Shown piece by piece: positions 50,165 to 59,678 of a DNA stretch of 64,000 nt. Under the pieces are notes generated by a model. It was not told where the DNA came from and did no database searches. It worked only from the letters and a program-made list of their open reading frames with translations. The position numbers were made by a program, and so were the translations under genes. Source of the stretch: an uncultured Chloroflexia bacterium (lineage in GTDB: Bacteria > Chloroflexota > Limnocylindria > Limnocylindrales > CSP1-4). The stretch spans positions 70,021 through 134,020 of the forward strand of contig CAVPPQ010000020.1 in the NCBI GenBank assembly GCA_963707395.1. The letters run 5' to 3'. Numbering within the stretch: position 1 is the stretch's first letter; every line of letters begins with the position of its first letter.

Positions 50165-50581
50165 CTAGATCGCCCGCATGCGGTTGCCACGCTTCTCGTG
50201 GGTCAGCTCCGCGAGCCCGAGGGCCTCGAGCAGCGGTGGAACGTACATGCCGAAGCGCCCGCGGTAGCCCTTGCGGAGTCCATACCAGCCGCCGACCGGG
50301 TTGTCCGCGGCACGCCCCCAGGCCTCGACGCTCCCGGGGGGCGGGTCCTTGCCCTCGTCCGTGGCACCCAGGTCCATCCAGTCACCGTGGGCTGCGAGCA
50401 TGGCGTGCAGGTCCTCGATGCAGCGCACCTGGTAGGTGAGCCGGGTCGAGCCGACCTGGCAGACGAGCACTGCCGGCTCCACCGATTCGTCGCGGAACAT
50501 CGTGTACGCGGAGGACCCCGGCGCCGTCACCAGGGTCCAGGGATCGTCGGGTGTGCCGCTGCCGGTCTTCGTCATGGCCAT
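50165..50581 (-). CDS. Conserved hypothetical protein (about 139 aa)
   Basis: It is a coherent ORF from MAMTKTGSGTPDDPWTLV. The composition is non-repetitive. I know no motif for it. Confidence 0.45.
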   Translation of the reverse strand: MAMTKTGSGTPDDPWTLVTAPGSSAYTMFRDESVEPAVLVCQVGSTRLTYQVRCIEDLHAMLAAHGDWMDLGATDEGKDPPPGSVEAWGRAADNPVGGWYGLRKGYRGRFGMYVPPLLEALGLAELTHEKRGNRMRAI

Positions 50582-50670
50582 CGTCCTCGTGGGGTGGGGG
50601 TGGCCATAGCCTATCCATGGTCGGCCTGCACGTGAAGTGCCGACGAAGGTGACGCTCAACACCCGTGCCG

Positions 50671-50745
50671 CTCAGCACCGTCGGGCTCAGCACCGTCGGG
50701 CTCAGCACCGTCGGGCTCGCACCGTGGGGCTCAGCGCCAGTCGGG
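50671..50745. repeat. Tandem array of the 15-bp unit CTCAGCACCGTCGGG (three perfect and two degenerate copies)
   Basis: Perfect copies lie at 50671-50685, 50686-50700 and 50701-50715. Degenerate copies run into the 3' end of the kinase gene. Confidence 0.75.
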
Positions 50746-51906
50746 CTCGTAGGGAAAGCGTGCCAGCACCCAGTAGCCACGGCCCGTGCGCGGCCCCGCG
50801 TCCAGCGTGCCGCCCAGCGCCGCGACCTCATCGCGCACGGCCAGCAGTCCCGCCGTGGCCTGCATCGCGTCCCCATCCTCGCTGCCCACGCCATCGTCGA
50901 CGACCTCCACCTGGAGCTCGTCTGACAGGTACCGCACGACGACGTCAGACCGCTCGGCCTGGCTGTGGTGGAGCGTGCTCATGAGCGCCTCGTGGACGAC
51001 CCGGTAGGCCACCGCGTCCAGATCCAGCCTCAGAGGCGCAGGCTCACCCTCGACGCGGACGGCCACGCGCAACCCGGCGTCAGTGACCGAGACGGCGAGA
51101 TAGTCCAGGTCGTCGAGGCCCGGACGAGGCTCGGGCAGCGGCGTGCCATCGGGGGAGAGCAGCAACCCGGTCAGGCGCTGGGTCTCTTCCAGGGCCTCGG
51201 TGCCGGCAGCCTCGATGATGGCGAGGGACCGGCGCGCCTGCTCCGGCTCGGCCGTGAGCAGGCGTCGGGCTGTACGCGCCTGGAGCACGACCGCGCTCAT
51301 GGAGCGCTCGATGACGTCACGGAGCTCGCGGACGGTGTCGTCCCGACCGATCGAATCGGGGACGGTGGCGGCTGCCTCCCAGTCCAACCGGCCGATGATA
51401 CGGTCATCACCGCGCCCCACCCGAACGCTGCGCACGGCGAGGCCCAGCAGCCAGGCGCCGACGAGCACGAATACCGGCCACGCCACGTCGCGCGCTTCGA
51501 GGCCCGGTCCGGGCATGCGCACGACCACCAGGCCCGCCAGGGCACCGACGCCCAGCGCGCCGACCTGTCCGGCGCGGCCGCCCGCCCAAGCGCCCGTCGA
51601 GTACACGGCCAGGATGACGCCGGCCAGGAGGCTCCAGGAGGACGACGGCGACAGTCGACCGGCCAGCCCGAGGGCCACGAAGGCCAGGCCCAGCGGCAGC
51701 AGTGGCAGGCGCCTGCGCAGCCCCAGCGAGAGGAGGAAGAGCAGGCCGGCCGCGAGCACGACGCCGTCGTCCAGGCGCAGGTCCGCGACGATCGGCTCGC
51801 CCAGGATGGGTTCGGCAGAGATGGCCGCCTCGACGAGGTACGCCACTCCGAGCAGGACCGCGATGACCGCATCGAGGTGGGCCCGGAGAGCACGGATCAC
51901 GACCAC
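50731..51906 (-). CDS. HisKA_3-type membrane sensor histidine-kinase-like protein (DesK/LiaS-like), possibly catalytically degenerate
   Basis: It has a multi-TM N-terminus, a dimerisation region reading VRELRDVIERSMSAV and an HATPase_c domain (VVDDGVG, ALGGTL). Confidence 0.75.
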   Translation of the reverse strand: MVVIRALRAHLDAVIAVLLGVAYLVEAAISAEPILGEPIVADLRLDDGVVLAAGLLFLLSLGLRRRLPLLPLGLAFVALGLAGRLSPSSSWSLLAGVILAVYSTGAWAGGRAGQVGALGVGALAGLVVVRMPGPGLEARDVAWPVFVLVGAWLLGLAVRSVRVGRGDDRIIGRLDWEAAATVPDSIGRDDTVRELRDVIERSMSAVVLQARTARRLLTAEPEQARRSLAIIEAAGTEALEETQRLTGLLLSPDGTPLPEPRPGLDDLDYLAVSVTDAGLRVAVRVEGEPAPLRLDLDAVAYRVVHEALMSTLHHSQAERSDVVVRYLSDELQVEVVDDGVGSEDGDAMQATAGLLAVRDEVAALGGTLDAGPRTGRGYWVLARFPYEPDWR

Positions 51907-52031
51907 GCCCGCAGGCTACCCCACGTGCGAGCCGTCATCAGCGCCGTGATGCGACGTCGCCGTTTCGCTGCGATGCCAGCGCCGAAGCGGACGACCAGGC
52001 ACTGCGCTGGCACCGGCAGCCGCGGACATGG

Positions 52032-53918
52032 TCAGACGCGAGCGCTGCCGTCCCAGTAGCGGTTGGCCAGCTGCCAGGCGTCCTTGCCGCACTGTGAGCC
52101 CATGAGGCGGCCCCGGAAGTCGTCGGCCGCGATGTGGATCCCGCCGAAGATCCGCGACAGGCCGGCCTGGTCGGCGGCATCGTAGTAGGTCGCCCACTGG
52201 AGCGGCACGTCCTGGCTCGGCCCGGCTTCGAAGTCCAGGTCGCCGGCCGGGATGGTCCAGGCGCCGAGACCACCGGGGAAGGACTCCGAGCCGGTCATGG
52301 CCGTGAGCACCTCGGCCGCGGCGCGGCTGAAGGTGGAGTGGCCGGAGACGTAGGCGGGGAAGGCAGGGGTCACGAACGTCGGCAGCTGATAGGGCACCCA
52401 TTCGACGGCCCGGATCCATTCCACCCCTCCGAGGCCTGTCTCGGGATCATCCGGGTTGCCGGCCCAGGAGCGGATGGCGATCTCGCCCACGTGATCGGCG
52501 AGCTTCTCGTGGCGCTGCCCAGGGGCCGAGGACTCCTCGCTGATGACCTCGACCAGGCCGTCCTCGAGGGGCAGGCCGTCGGGGTGGTACGCCGGTCCGC
52601 TCGGGTCGCTCGACTGGCCCAGGCCGCCCATGTAGCGGATCATCGAGATGGGCCGCACCGTGTCGTAGTGGCCCTTGCAGCCCCAGGCCGCCACCGCCGC
52701 GTCGTGGACCGCCCCATTCAGCGCGAGATACATCTTGACGTCCCACTCCAGCGGGTCCAGCAGCTCGCCCTGGCCGCCCAGGCGACGTTCGAAGCCAGGA
52801 GCGTCGGTGACGGAGTTGGCGATCGTGTTCCAGTGTCCGGGCGGCGTCTCGCTGTTCGGACCATCGGCCCAGAACTCGGCCAGGACGCGCGCGAAGTCCG
52901 CGCGGGGCACCACCTCCGGCTCATAGGGCTGGCCGGTGGCCGCATTGACGGCATAGCCGGTGCCGTCGTTGGTGCCCAGCGGGTTGTTGCCCAGCGCCCC
53001 CGGTGAGATGTCCACCCACTCGCCGTCACGCGGGTCCAGCATCGCGCTGTAGCGGATGACATCGAGCGCTCCGCCCTTGTACTCCGCGTCACCGGCCGGG
53101 TCACCCAGCAGGGGCGGCGCGCCCGGGTCGATGGGCAGGCCGGGCTCACCCGACGGTGGCAGGGCGAACGAGGTCACGTTGCCCCAGTGGGGCGTCACGG
53201 CCTGCTGTGGTCCGACCGGGAGCGGGATCCCGTTCTGCGTGTAGGAGACCTCCAGCGCCAGCGGCTGCCAACGGTTGGGATCGTTCATGACGGTCCCCGG
53301 CAGCTCGACGATGAGCGGCTCGTTGACCGGCTCGTAGCCCGACTGGTAGCCCTTCCGCTCCAGCGAGCCGTCCTTGAGCGTGGTGCGGATGATGGTGTCG
53401 GCGATGCGGTTCCCCAGAGCGGCGGGTGACTCGCCCTTGGTGTTCGTCCGAGCCACGGGGTAGCACAGGGCGGTCATGAGGCGGTCGAGTTCGCGCAGGC
53501 TCTGCTTGCCCCCGATGGCGCCCGCGTAGCGGTGACTGAGTACCCGGTAGGCCGCATAGCTGATGGCCTCATCTCGAGCTGCCTGAAGGGCGGCGGGATC
53601 CTCGAGGACCACCTTCTCGTCGACGAAGACGCCGTCCGCCAGCGGGTCATAGGCCGCCCACGCATCCCACATCGCTGCGGAGGTGTGATAGAGGTTCCGC
53701 GCGTGGACCGTGGGTCGCGGTGTGTCGCGTCGGATGGCATCCAGCAGGGCCTCGTCCCAGAGTCGTGCCACGGAGTGGCTGCGGTCGGCCGTGGGGGTGC
53801 AGGTGGTCTTTCCAGAAGCCGCACTCGTGGGAGCCGACCAGGCCACGAGGCTGGCGGACAAGGCGAGGGCGACGAAGAGTGCGACTCGGAGGCGCCCGTG
53901 TTCGATCGCCTTGGACAT
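52032..53918 (-). CDS. Secreted PAP2-superfamily / vanadium-dependent haloperoxidase-like protein
   Basis: It has a signal peptide and a C-terminal PAP2 signature (SGHSTFSRAAA...GGIHIAADDFRGR). The start at 53918 is preceded by GGAGG. Confidence 0.7.
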   Translation of the reverse strand: MSKAIEHGRLRVALFVALALSASLVAWSAPTSAASGKTTCTPTADRSHSVARLWDEALLDAIRRDTPRPTVHARNLYHTSAAMWDAWAAYDPLADGVFVDEKVVLEDPAALQAARDEAISYAAYRVLSHRYAGAIGGKQSLRELDRLMTALCYPVARTNTKGESPAALGNRIADTIIRTTLKDGSLERKGYQSGYEPVNEPLIVELPGTVMNDPNRWQPLALEVSYTQNGIPLPVGPQQAVTPHWGNVTSFALPPSGEPGLPIDPGAPPLLGDPAGDAEYKGGALDVIRYSAMLDPRDGEWVDISPGALGNNPLGTNDGTGYAVNAATGQPYEPEVVPRADFARVLAEFWADGPNSETPPGHWNTIANSVTDAPGFERRLGGQGELLDPLEWDVKMYLALNGAVHDAAVAAWGCKGHYDTVRPISMIRYMGGLGQSSDPSGPAYHPDGLPLEDGLVEVISEESSAPGQRHEKLADHVGEIAIRSWAGNPDDPETGLGGVEWIRAVEWVPYQLPTFVTPAFPAYVSGHSTFSRAAAEVLTAMTGSESFPGGLGAWTIPAGDLDFEAGPSQDVPLQWATYYDAADQAGLSRIFGGIHIAADDFRGRLMGSQCGKDAWQLANRYWDGSARV

Positions 53919-54011
53919 GCGGAGCTCCTCCATCACGCGCGGTCCTGATGAGGGCCCGATGCTACTCCCGCCATCGCCGCGTGGCGAGAGCGCCGGTAGA
54001 CTGACCGCATC

Positions 54012-55658
54012 GTGATGCGAACCCTGCAGCCGGTCCTGGTGACCCTTGTGGCTGCCCTGCTCCTCCTGCCGGGCACCTCACTGGCCGCCAAGCCATCCAA
54101 GGTCCAGCCCAAGGTCCCGACCTTCGTGGAGGAGACCGCCAGCGCCGGCGTCGAGCACCGCTACGACGGCGAGTTCCAGTTCTTCACCGGCGGCGGCGTG
54201 GCCGTCCTCGATTGCGATGACGACGGCCTGCCGGATCTCTTCGTGGCCGGTGGCTCGGAGCCGGCCGGTCTCTTCCGCAACGAGAGCCGGGTCGGTGGAG
54301 CCTTCGCCTTCAGCCAGGTGCCCTCCGAGACGACCGACCTGACGGAGGTCACGGGCGCCTACCCCATCGACATCGACAGTGACGACAGGGTCGACCTGGC
54401 CGTCCTGCGGCGCGGCGAGAACGTCCTGCTGCGCGGGCTGGGAGGCTGCGCCTTCGAGCGCGCCAACGAGGCCCTGGGCTTCGACGGAGGCGATGGCTGG
54501 ACGGTCTCCTTCAGCGCCAAGTGGGATCCTGGCGCCACGCTGCCGACGCTGGCAGTGGGTGACTACCTCACCATCGTCGAGTACCCGAAGGTGCCCGACT
54601 GTGCTGGTGTGGCCGTGCACCGACCGGGCGCCGACGGCCAGGGCTACGCGCCGCCCGAAGCGCTCCTGCCGGCGTGGTGCCCGCTGTCCGTCCTCTTCAG
54701 TGACTGGGACCGCTCGGGCCGGCGGGACCTGCGCGTCAGCAACGACCGCCAGTACTACCCGCGCCAGGAGGGCGAGGAGCAGCTCTGGAAGGTCGAGCCG
54801 GGACAGGCGCCCGCCGCCTGGACGCGCGAGGAGGGTTGGCAGCGGGTCCAGCTGGAGGGCATGAGCATCGCCAGTGACGACGTCACCGGTGACGGCCTTC
54901 CCGAGTACTACCTCTCCAGCATGGCCGACAACAAGCTCATGACCCTGGTCGACGGGCCGGCCCGCCCGGAGTTCGGCAACATCGCCCTCGACCGCGGGGT
55001 GACGGCTGCGCAACCCTACGCCGGGGGCGAGCGCCTCCCGTCGACCTCCTGGCACGCCGAGTTCGACGATGTCAACAACGATGGCCTGCTCGACCTGTAC
55101 GTGGCCAAGGGCAACGTGGAGGCCATGCCCGACCACGCCATGAAGGACCCCAGCGAGCTCTTCCTGGGTCGGGCAGACGGCACCTTCGAACGAGCCGCGA
55201 GGGCCGCGGGCATCCAGCACTTCGACCGTACGCGGGGTGCAGCCCTCACCGACCTCAACCTGGACGGCCTGCTCGACCTGGTGGAAGTCAACCGGCGTGA
55301 GCCGGTGCGCCTCTGGCGCAACGTCGGTGCCGGGACAGCCGAGACGCCCAGGGCCATGGGGCACTGGCTATCGGTGGAGCTGGAGCAGCCGGCACCCAAC
55401 CGGGACGCCATCGGCTCCTGGATCGAGGTCGAGCACGACGGGCAGACGTCCACGCGCGAGCTGACCATCGGCGGCGGGCACGCTGGCGGCCAGCTGGGCC
55501 CTGTCCACTTCGGCCTGGGCGCGTCGGACACGGCTCGCCTGCGCGTCACCTGGCCGGACGGCGAGGTGGGGGCGTGGATGGACGTGGCGGCCGACCAGCG
55601 GCTGCGCATCAAGCGGGGCAGCGACCAGCCGGTCGAGCTGCCCGATCCGGAGGACTGA
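54012..55658 (+). CDS. CRTAC1-family protein (FG-GAP/VCBS repeats plus ASPIC/UnbV C-terminal domain)
   Basis: It has a signal peptide, repeated DxDxDGxxD-like motifs (DCDDDGLPDLFV, DIDSDDRVDL, DVNNDGLLDLYV, DLNLDGLLDL) and an ASPIC-like C-terminus (WIEVE...GGGHAGGQ). Confidence 0.75.
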   Translation: MMRTLQPVLVTLVAALLLLPGTSLAAKPSKVQPKVPTFVEETASAGVEHRYDGEFQFFTGGGVAVLDCDDDGLPDLFVAGGSEPAGLFRNESRVGGAFAFSQVPSETTDLTEVTGAYPIDIDSDDRVDLAVLRRGENVLLRGLGGCAFERANEALGFDGGDGWTVSFSAKWDPGATLPTLAVGDYLTIVEYPKVPDCAGVAVHRPGADGQGYAPPEALLPAWCPLSVLFSDWDRSGRRDLRVSNDRQYYPRQEGEEQLWKVEPGQAPAAWTREEGWQRVQLEGMSIASDDVTGDGLPEYYLSSMADNKLMTLVDGPARPEFGNIALDRGVTAAQPYAGGERLPSTSWHAEFDDVNNDGLLDLYVAKGNVEAMPDHAMKDPSELFLGRADGTFERAARAAGIQHFDRTRGAALTDLNLDGLLDLVEVNRREPVRLWRNVGAGTAETPRAMGHWLSVELEQPAPNRDAIGSWIEVEHDGQTSTRELTIGGGHAGGQLGPVHFGLGASDTARLRVTWPDGEVGAWMDVAADQRLRIKRGSDQPVELPDPED

Positions 55659-55660
55659 CC

Positions 55661-57046
55661 ATGACGACGGCGCGCCTGGAGACCATCGAGCTGCCCGACT
55701 TCGGCACGCCCAGCACCATGCCGCTCCTGCCGAACGAGCTGTACGCCGCGCGCACGGATCGGGCGCGGGCGCGCGCCGCCGACCGAGGCTACGACAGCCT
55801 CCTCATCTACGCCGATCGTGAGCACAGCGCCAACCTGAGCCACCTGACCGGCTTCGACCCGCGCTTCGAGGAGGCGGTCCTCATCCTGAGCGTGGCGCGT
55901 GACGAAGATCCACTCATCCTCGTCGGCAATGAGTGCCAGGGGTTGGCGCGGAATGCCGCGCTGCCCATGCGGGTGGAGCTCTACCAGGATCTGAGCCTGC
56001 CCGGCCAGCCCCGCGACCGCTCGCGGCCGCTGGCCGAGATCCTTGCCTCGGAGGGCGTCGGTCCGGGGGCACGCGTCGGTGTCGCCGGCTGGAAGCCGTT
56101 CACCGATCGGAGCCTCCTTGAGGTGCCCGCCTACCTGGTCGACGCGCTGCGGGCGGCCGTCGGTGCGGCCGGCCTCGTGGAGAACGCCAACGACCTCTTC
56201 GTCGACGCCGCGGACGGTCTGCGGGCCGTCAACGAGGTCGAGCAGCTGGCGGCCTTCGAGTGGGCGGCCTGCCAGACCTCGGAGGGCGTCAAGCGCATCC
56301 TGGTCGGTCTGCAGCCGGGCATGACGGAGCACGAGGCCGCCCGCCTTGCGGGCTGGAGCGGCGATCCCCTCTCCTGCCACTTCATGCTCTCGGCGGGTCC
56401 GCGCGCGTCACTCGGCATGCTCAGCCCGACGGATCGCGTCATCGAGCGCGGCGACCCCTTCACGACCGCCTTCGGCATCTGGGGCGCGCTGGACTGCCGG
56501 GCCGGCTTCGTGGTGGAAGAGGCCGCGGAGCTGCCGGCGGGCATCGCCGACTACGTGGAGCGCCTGGTGGCGCCCTACTTCCTGGCCGTCGCCGAGTGGC
56601 TGGAGGCCCTCCACGTGGGCCAGACCGGCGGTGCCCTGCAGGCCATCATCGACCGCCACCTGGGCGACCCATTCTTCGGCATCTTCCTCAACCCGGGGCA
56701 CCTCCTGGGGCTCGACGAGTGGGTGAACTCGCCGGTCGCACGCGGCTCGACGATCGAGCTGCGCTCGGGCATGGCGTTCCAGGTGGACGTCATCCCGGCC
56801 ACCGGCACGGACTACTTCACTTCCAACATCGAAGGTGGCCTGGCCGTCGCGGATGAGGACCTGCGCGCCGACTTCGCAGCGCGCTACCCAGAGGCTTGGG
56901 GGCGTATCGAGGCCCGGCGCGGCTTCATGCGTGAGACCCTCGGCATCGACCTGCACCCGGACGTGCTGCCCTTCTCCAACCTGCCGGCCTCCCTGCCACC
57001 GTTCCTCCTGCGGCCCGACCGGGTGCTCGTGCGCCAAAGTATCTAG
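55661..57046 (+). CDS. Creatinase/prolidase N-terminal-domain protein, M24-like fold (possibly non-peptidase)
   Basis: The N-terminus (GYDSLLIYADREHSANLSHLTGFDP) resembles the creatinase_N domain. The ATG lies 3 nt after the CRTAC1 stop. The assignment is tentative. Confidence 0.45.
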   Translation: MTTARLETIELPDFGTPSTMPLLPNELYAARTDRARARAADRGYDSLLIYADREHSANLSHLTGFDPRFEEAVLILSVARDEDPLILVGNECQGLARNAALPMRVELYQDLSLPGQPRDRSRPLAEILASEGVGPGARVGVAGWKPFTDRSLLEVPAYLVDALRAAVGAAGLVENANDLFVDAADGLRAVNEVEQLAAFEWAACQTSEGVKRILVGLQPGMTEHEAARLAGWSGDPLSCHFMLSAGPRASLGMLSPTDRVIERGDPFTTAFGIWGALDCRAGFVVEEAAELPAGIADYVERLVAPYFLAVAEWLEALHVGQTGGALQAIIDRHLGDPFFGIFLNPGHLLGLDEWVNSPVARGSTIELRSGMAFQVDVIPATGTDYFTSNIEGGLAVADEDLRADFAARYPEAWGRIEARRGFMRETLGIDLHPDVLPFSNLPASLPPFLLRPDRVLVRQSI

Positions 57047-57189
57047 ACCTGTCTAGGACATTCCTTGACAACGCCTCGGCCGGGGTGCGGTAATCTCGCC
57101 TCGGAGGACAGAGGCGCCCCGGCCCCGGGGTGAGTGTCCTCATGGAGGTGGGAGCGTTTCCCCATCCCACACAAGGAGGAGGACCGCGG

Positions 57190-58257
57190 ATGCGGAATCT
57201 CAAGAAGGGCACGACTGCCCTGCTGACGCTGACCGTCGTTGGCGCAGGCATGCTGGCCAACGCGGGCTTCGTCGCCGCCCAGGATGACGAGGTCATCGTG
57301 GGTGTCTCCTGGAACAACTTCCAGGAAGAGCGCTGGGCGCGTGACGACGAGCCGGCGATCAAGGCGGCGCTGGAGGCAGCAGGTGCCTCGTACATCAGCA
57401 CCGACGCGGCTTCCGATGCGGCGCAGCAGCTGGCTGACGTCGAGCAGCTCATCACGCAGGGCGCAGATGCGCTCATCATCCTCGCCCAGGACGGCACCGC
57501 CATCCTGCCGGCGGTCCAGTCGGCCCTTGACCAGGGTATCCCGGTCATCGCCTATGACCGCCTCATCGAGGACCCGGGCGCCCTCTACCTCACCTTCGAC
57601 AACATCGGCGTGGGTCGCCTGATGGCTGAGATCATCTACGGTCTCGTGCCCTCCGGCAATTACGCCATCATCAAGGGCAACCAGGCCGACGCCAACGCAG
57701 ACTTCCTGCGCGCCGGCATGGAAGAGATCATCGGCGAGGCCGTCGCCGCGGGTGACATCGTCATCCAGTGCGAGACCTACACCGACAACTGGGACGCGGC
57801 CAACGCGCAGTCCAACATGGAGCAGTGCCTGACCTCGACCAACAACGAGATCGACGCGGTCCTCTCCGAGAACGACGGCATGGCCGGCGGCGTCGTCGCG
57901 GCGCTGGATGCCCAGGGCATGGCTGGCACCATCCCGGTGTCCGGGCAGGACGGCGACAAGGCCGCCCTGAACCGCGTCGCCCTCGGCACGCAGACCGTCT
58001 CCGTGTGGAAGGACTCCCGCAACCTGGGCAAGGCAGCCGGTGAGGCGGCCGTGGCCCTGGCGAGCGGCACCGCCCTCGCGGACATCCCGGGGGTCGTGCA
58101 GTTCACGAGCCCCGGCGGCAACGACATGACCTCCATCTTCCTGGATCCCACGCCGGTGACCCAGGAGAACCTGCAGGTCGTGATCGACGGCAACGTCATC
58201 AGCCAGGAAGAGCTCTGCCAGGGCGTCGAGGCCGGCGCCGTGGCAGCCTGCCCGTAA
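57190..58257 (+). CDS. Sugar ABC transporter substrate-binding protein (XylF-like)
   Basis: AGGAGGA precedes the ATG. It has a signal peptide, and the pattern VIVGVSWNNFQEERW...GADALIIL is typical of xylose/ribose-type binding proteins. Confidence 0.85.
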   Translation: MRNLKKGTTALLTLTVVGAGMLANAGFVAAQDDEVIVGVSWNNFQEERWARDDEPAIKAALEAAGASYISTDAASDAAQQLADVEQLITQGADALIILAQDGTAILPAVQSALDQGIPVIAYDRLIEDPGALYLTFDNIGVGRLMAEIIYGLVPSGNYAIIKGNQADANADFLRAGMEEIIGEAVAAGDIVIQCETYTDNWDAANAQSNMEQCLTSTNNEIDAVLSENDGMAGGVVAALDAQGMAGTIPVSGQDGDKAALNRVALGTQTVSVWKDSRNLGKAAGEAAVALASGTALADIPGVVQFTSPGGNDMTSIFLDPTPVTQENLQVVIDGNVISQEELCQGVEAGAVAACP

Positions 58258-58358
58258 GCGACCCACACACGTCACCGACGTGAACCAGCGCCCCGTGCCG
58301 CGGTCCAGCCGCGGCACGGGGCTTTGACACATCCGGCTCCAGCCAGGAGTCCCCGACG

Positions 58359-59678
58359 ATGAGCGAACCTGCAGCAGCCGCCGCCAACAGCTCGGCCACC
58401 ACCGGTCGCGGTGGTGTGACCGGGTTGCTGCGTACCCTGGAGATCGACACTCGACTGCTGGGCATGATCATCGCCCTCGCGGTCATCTGGATCGGCTTCG
58501 ACCTGGCCTCAGGCGGTCTGTTCCTGAGCGCACGCAACCTCTGGAACCTGTCCGTCCAGACGTCGGCCGTGGCCGTCATGGCCACGGGCATGGTGCTCAT
58601 CATCGTCTCGCGCAACATCGACCTGTCGGTCGGCTCGGTGGCGGGATTGGTGGGCATGTCCATCGCGCTCTTCCAGGTGCAATTCATCCCTGACGCCCTC
58701 GGGCTCGGCCTCGAGCAGCCCTACACCTGGGTCCTCGCCGTGGTCTTCGGGCTGCTGCTGGGTGGAGCCATCGGGGCGCTGCAGGGCACGCTCGTGGCCT
58801 ACGTGGGCATCCCTTCCTTCATCGTCACGCTCGGCGGCCTGCTCGTCTGGCGCAGCGTGATCTTCCAGATGGCAGCCGGGCAGACGATCGCACCACTGGA
58901 CACCACCTTCCAGCTCCTCGGTGGCGGGCCCCAGGGTTCGGTCGGCGAGACACTCAGCTGGGTCATCGGCATCATCGCCTGCATCGGCATCATCTACGCC
59001 ATGATCACGGGCCGGCGGCGGCGGCAGCGCTACGGGTTCCCGGTCCGCCCCATGTGGGCCGCCGTCGGACTCATCATCGTGGGCTGCGTCGCCATCCTGG
59101 GAGCCGTGGCCATCGCCAACAGCTATCCCTGGCCGGAGCGGCTCGCCGAACAGTACGCGGTCGCGCACGACATCCCCATCCCTGAGGGCGGGCTGATCAT
59201 CCCAACGGGCATCGCCAACCCAGCCCTCATCATGGTCGGGGTCGCCATCCTCATGACCGTGCTGGCCAACCGTCGGCGCTTCGGGCGCTACGTCTACGCC
59301 ATCGGCGGCAACCCCGAGGCGGCAGAGCTGTCGGGCATCAACACCCGTCGCACCATCATGTGGACCTTCGTCATCATGGGTGTGCTGGCTGCCGTGAGCG
59401 CCATCATCCTGACGGCACGACAGAACTCCGCCACCAACGGACTGGGCACTGGCGCGGAGCTCCAGGTCATCGCGGCGGCCGTCATCGGAGGCACCTCGTT
59501 CGCTGGCGGCATCGGCACCATCGCGGGCGCTGTGCTGGGCGCCCTGGTCATGCAGTCCCTGGTGTCAGGCATGCAGCTGCTGCGCTATTCGAACGCCGAG
59601 GTCGACATCGTCGTCGGCATCGTGCTGGTCATCGCGGTCGGCATCGACACCATCGTGCGGAGGCGGTCCCATGGCTGA
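58359..59678 (+). CDS. Sugar ABC transporter permease (XylH-like, 439 aa)
   Basis: It is multi-pass hydrophobic with the RbsC/XylH-family pattern. Confidence 0.8.
   Translation: MSEPAAAAANSSATTGRGGVTGLLRTLEIDTRLLGMIIALAVIWIGFDLASGGLFLSARNLWNLSVQTSAVAVMATGMVLIIVSRNIDLSVGSVAGLVGMSIALFQVQFIPDALGLGLEQPYTWVLAVVFGLLLGGAIGALQGTLVAYVGIPSFIVTLGGLLVWRSVIFQMAAGQTIAPLDTTFQLLGGGPQGSVGETLSWVIGIIACIGIIYAMITGRRRRQRYGFPVRPMWAAVGLIIVGCVAILGAVAIANSYPWPERLAEQYAVAHDIPIPEGGLIIPTGIANPALIMVGVAILMTVLANRRRFGRYVYAIGGNPEAAELSGINTRRTIMWTFVIMGVLAAVSAIILTARQNSATNGLGTGAELQVIAAAVIGGTSFAGGIGTIAGAVLGALVMQSLVSGMQLLRYSNAEVDIVVGIVLVIAVGIDTIVRRRSHG

Noticed and set aside
50637-50984. 115-aa plus ORF with AQHRR repeats
   Set aside because: It is a translation artefact of the 15-bp tandem array and is antisense to the kinase gene.
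57065-57096. Possible sigma70 promoter (TTGACA … TAATCT) upstream of the Xyl-like operon
   Set aside because: The spacer is 20 bp, too long for a canonical promoter. I kept it only as a weak possibility. The neighbouring TAGAC-ct-GTCTA inverted repeat at 57046-57057 is also too short to call.
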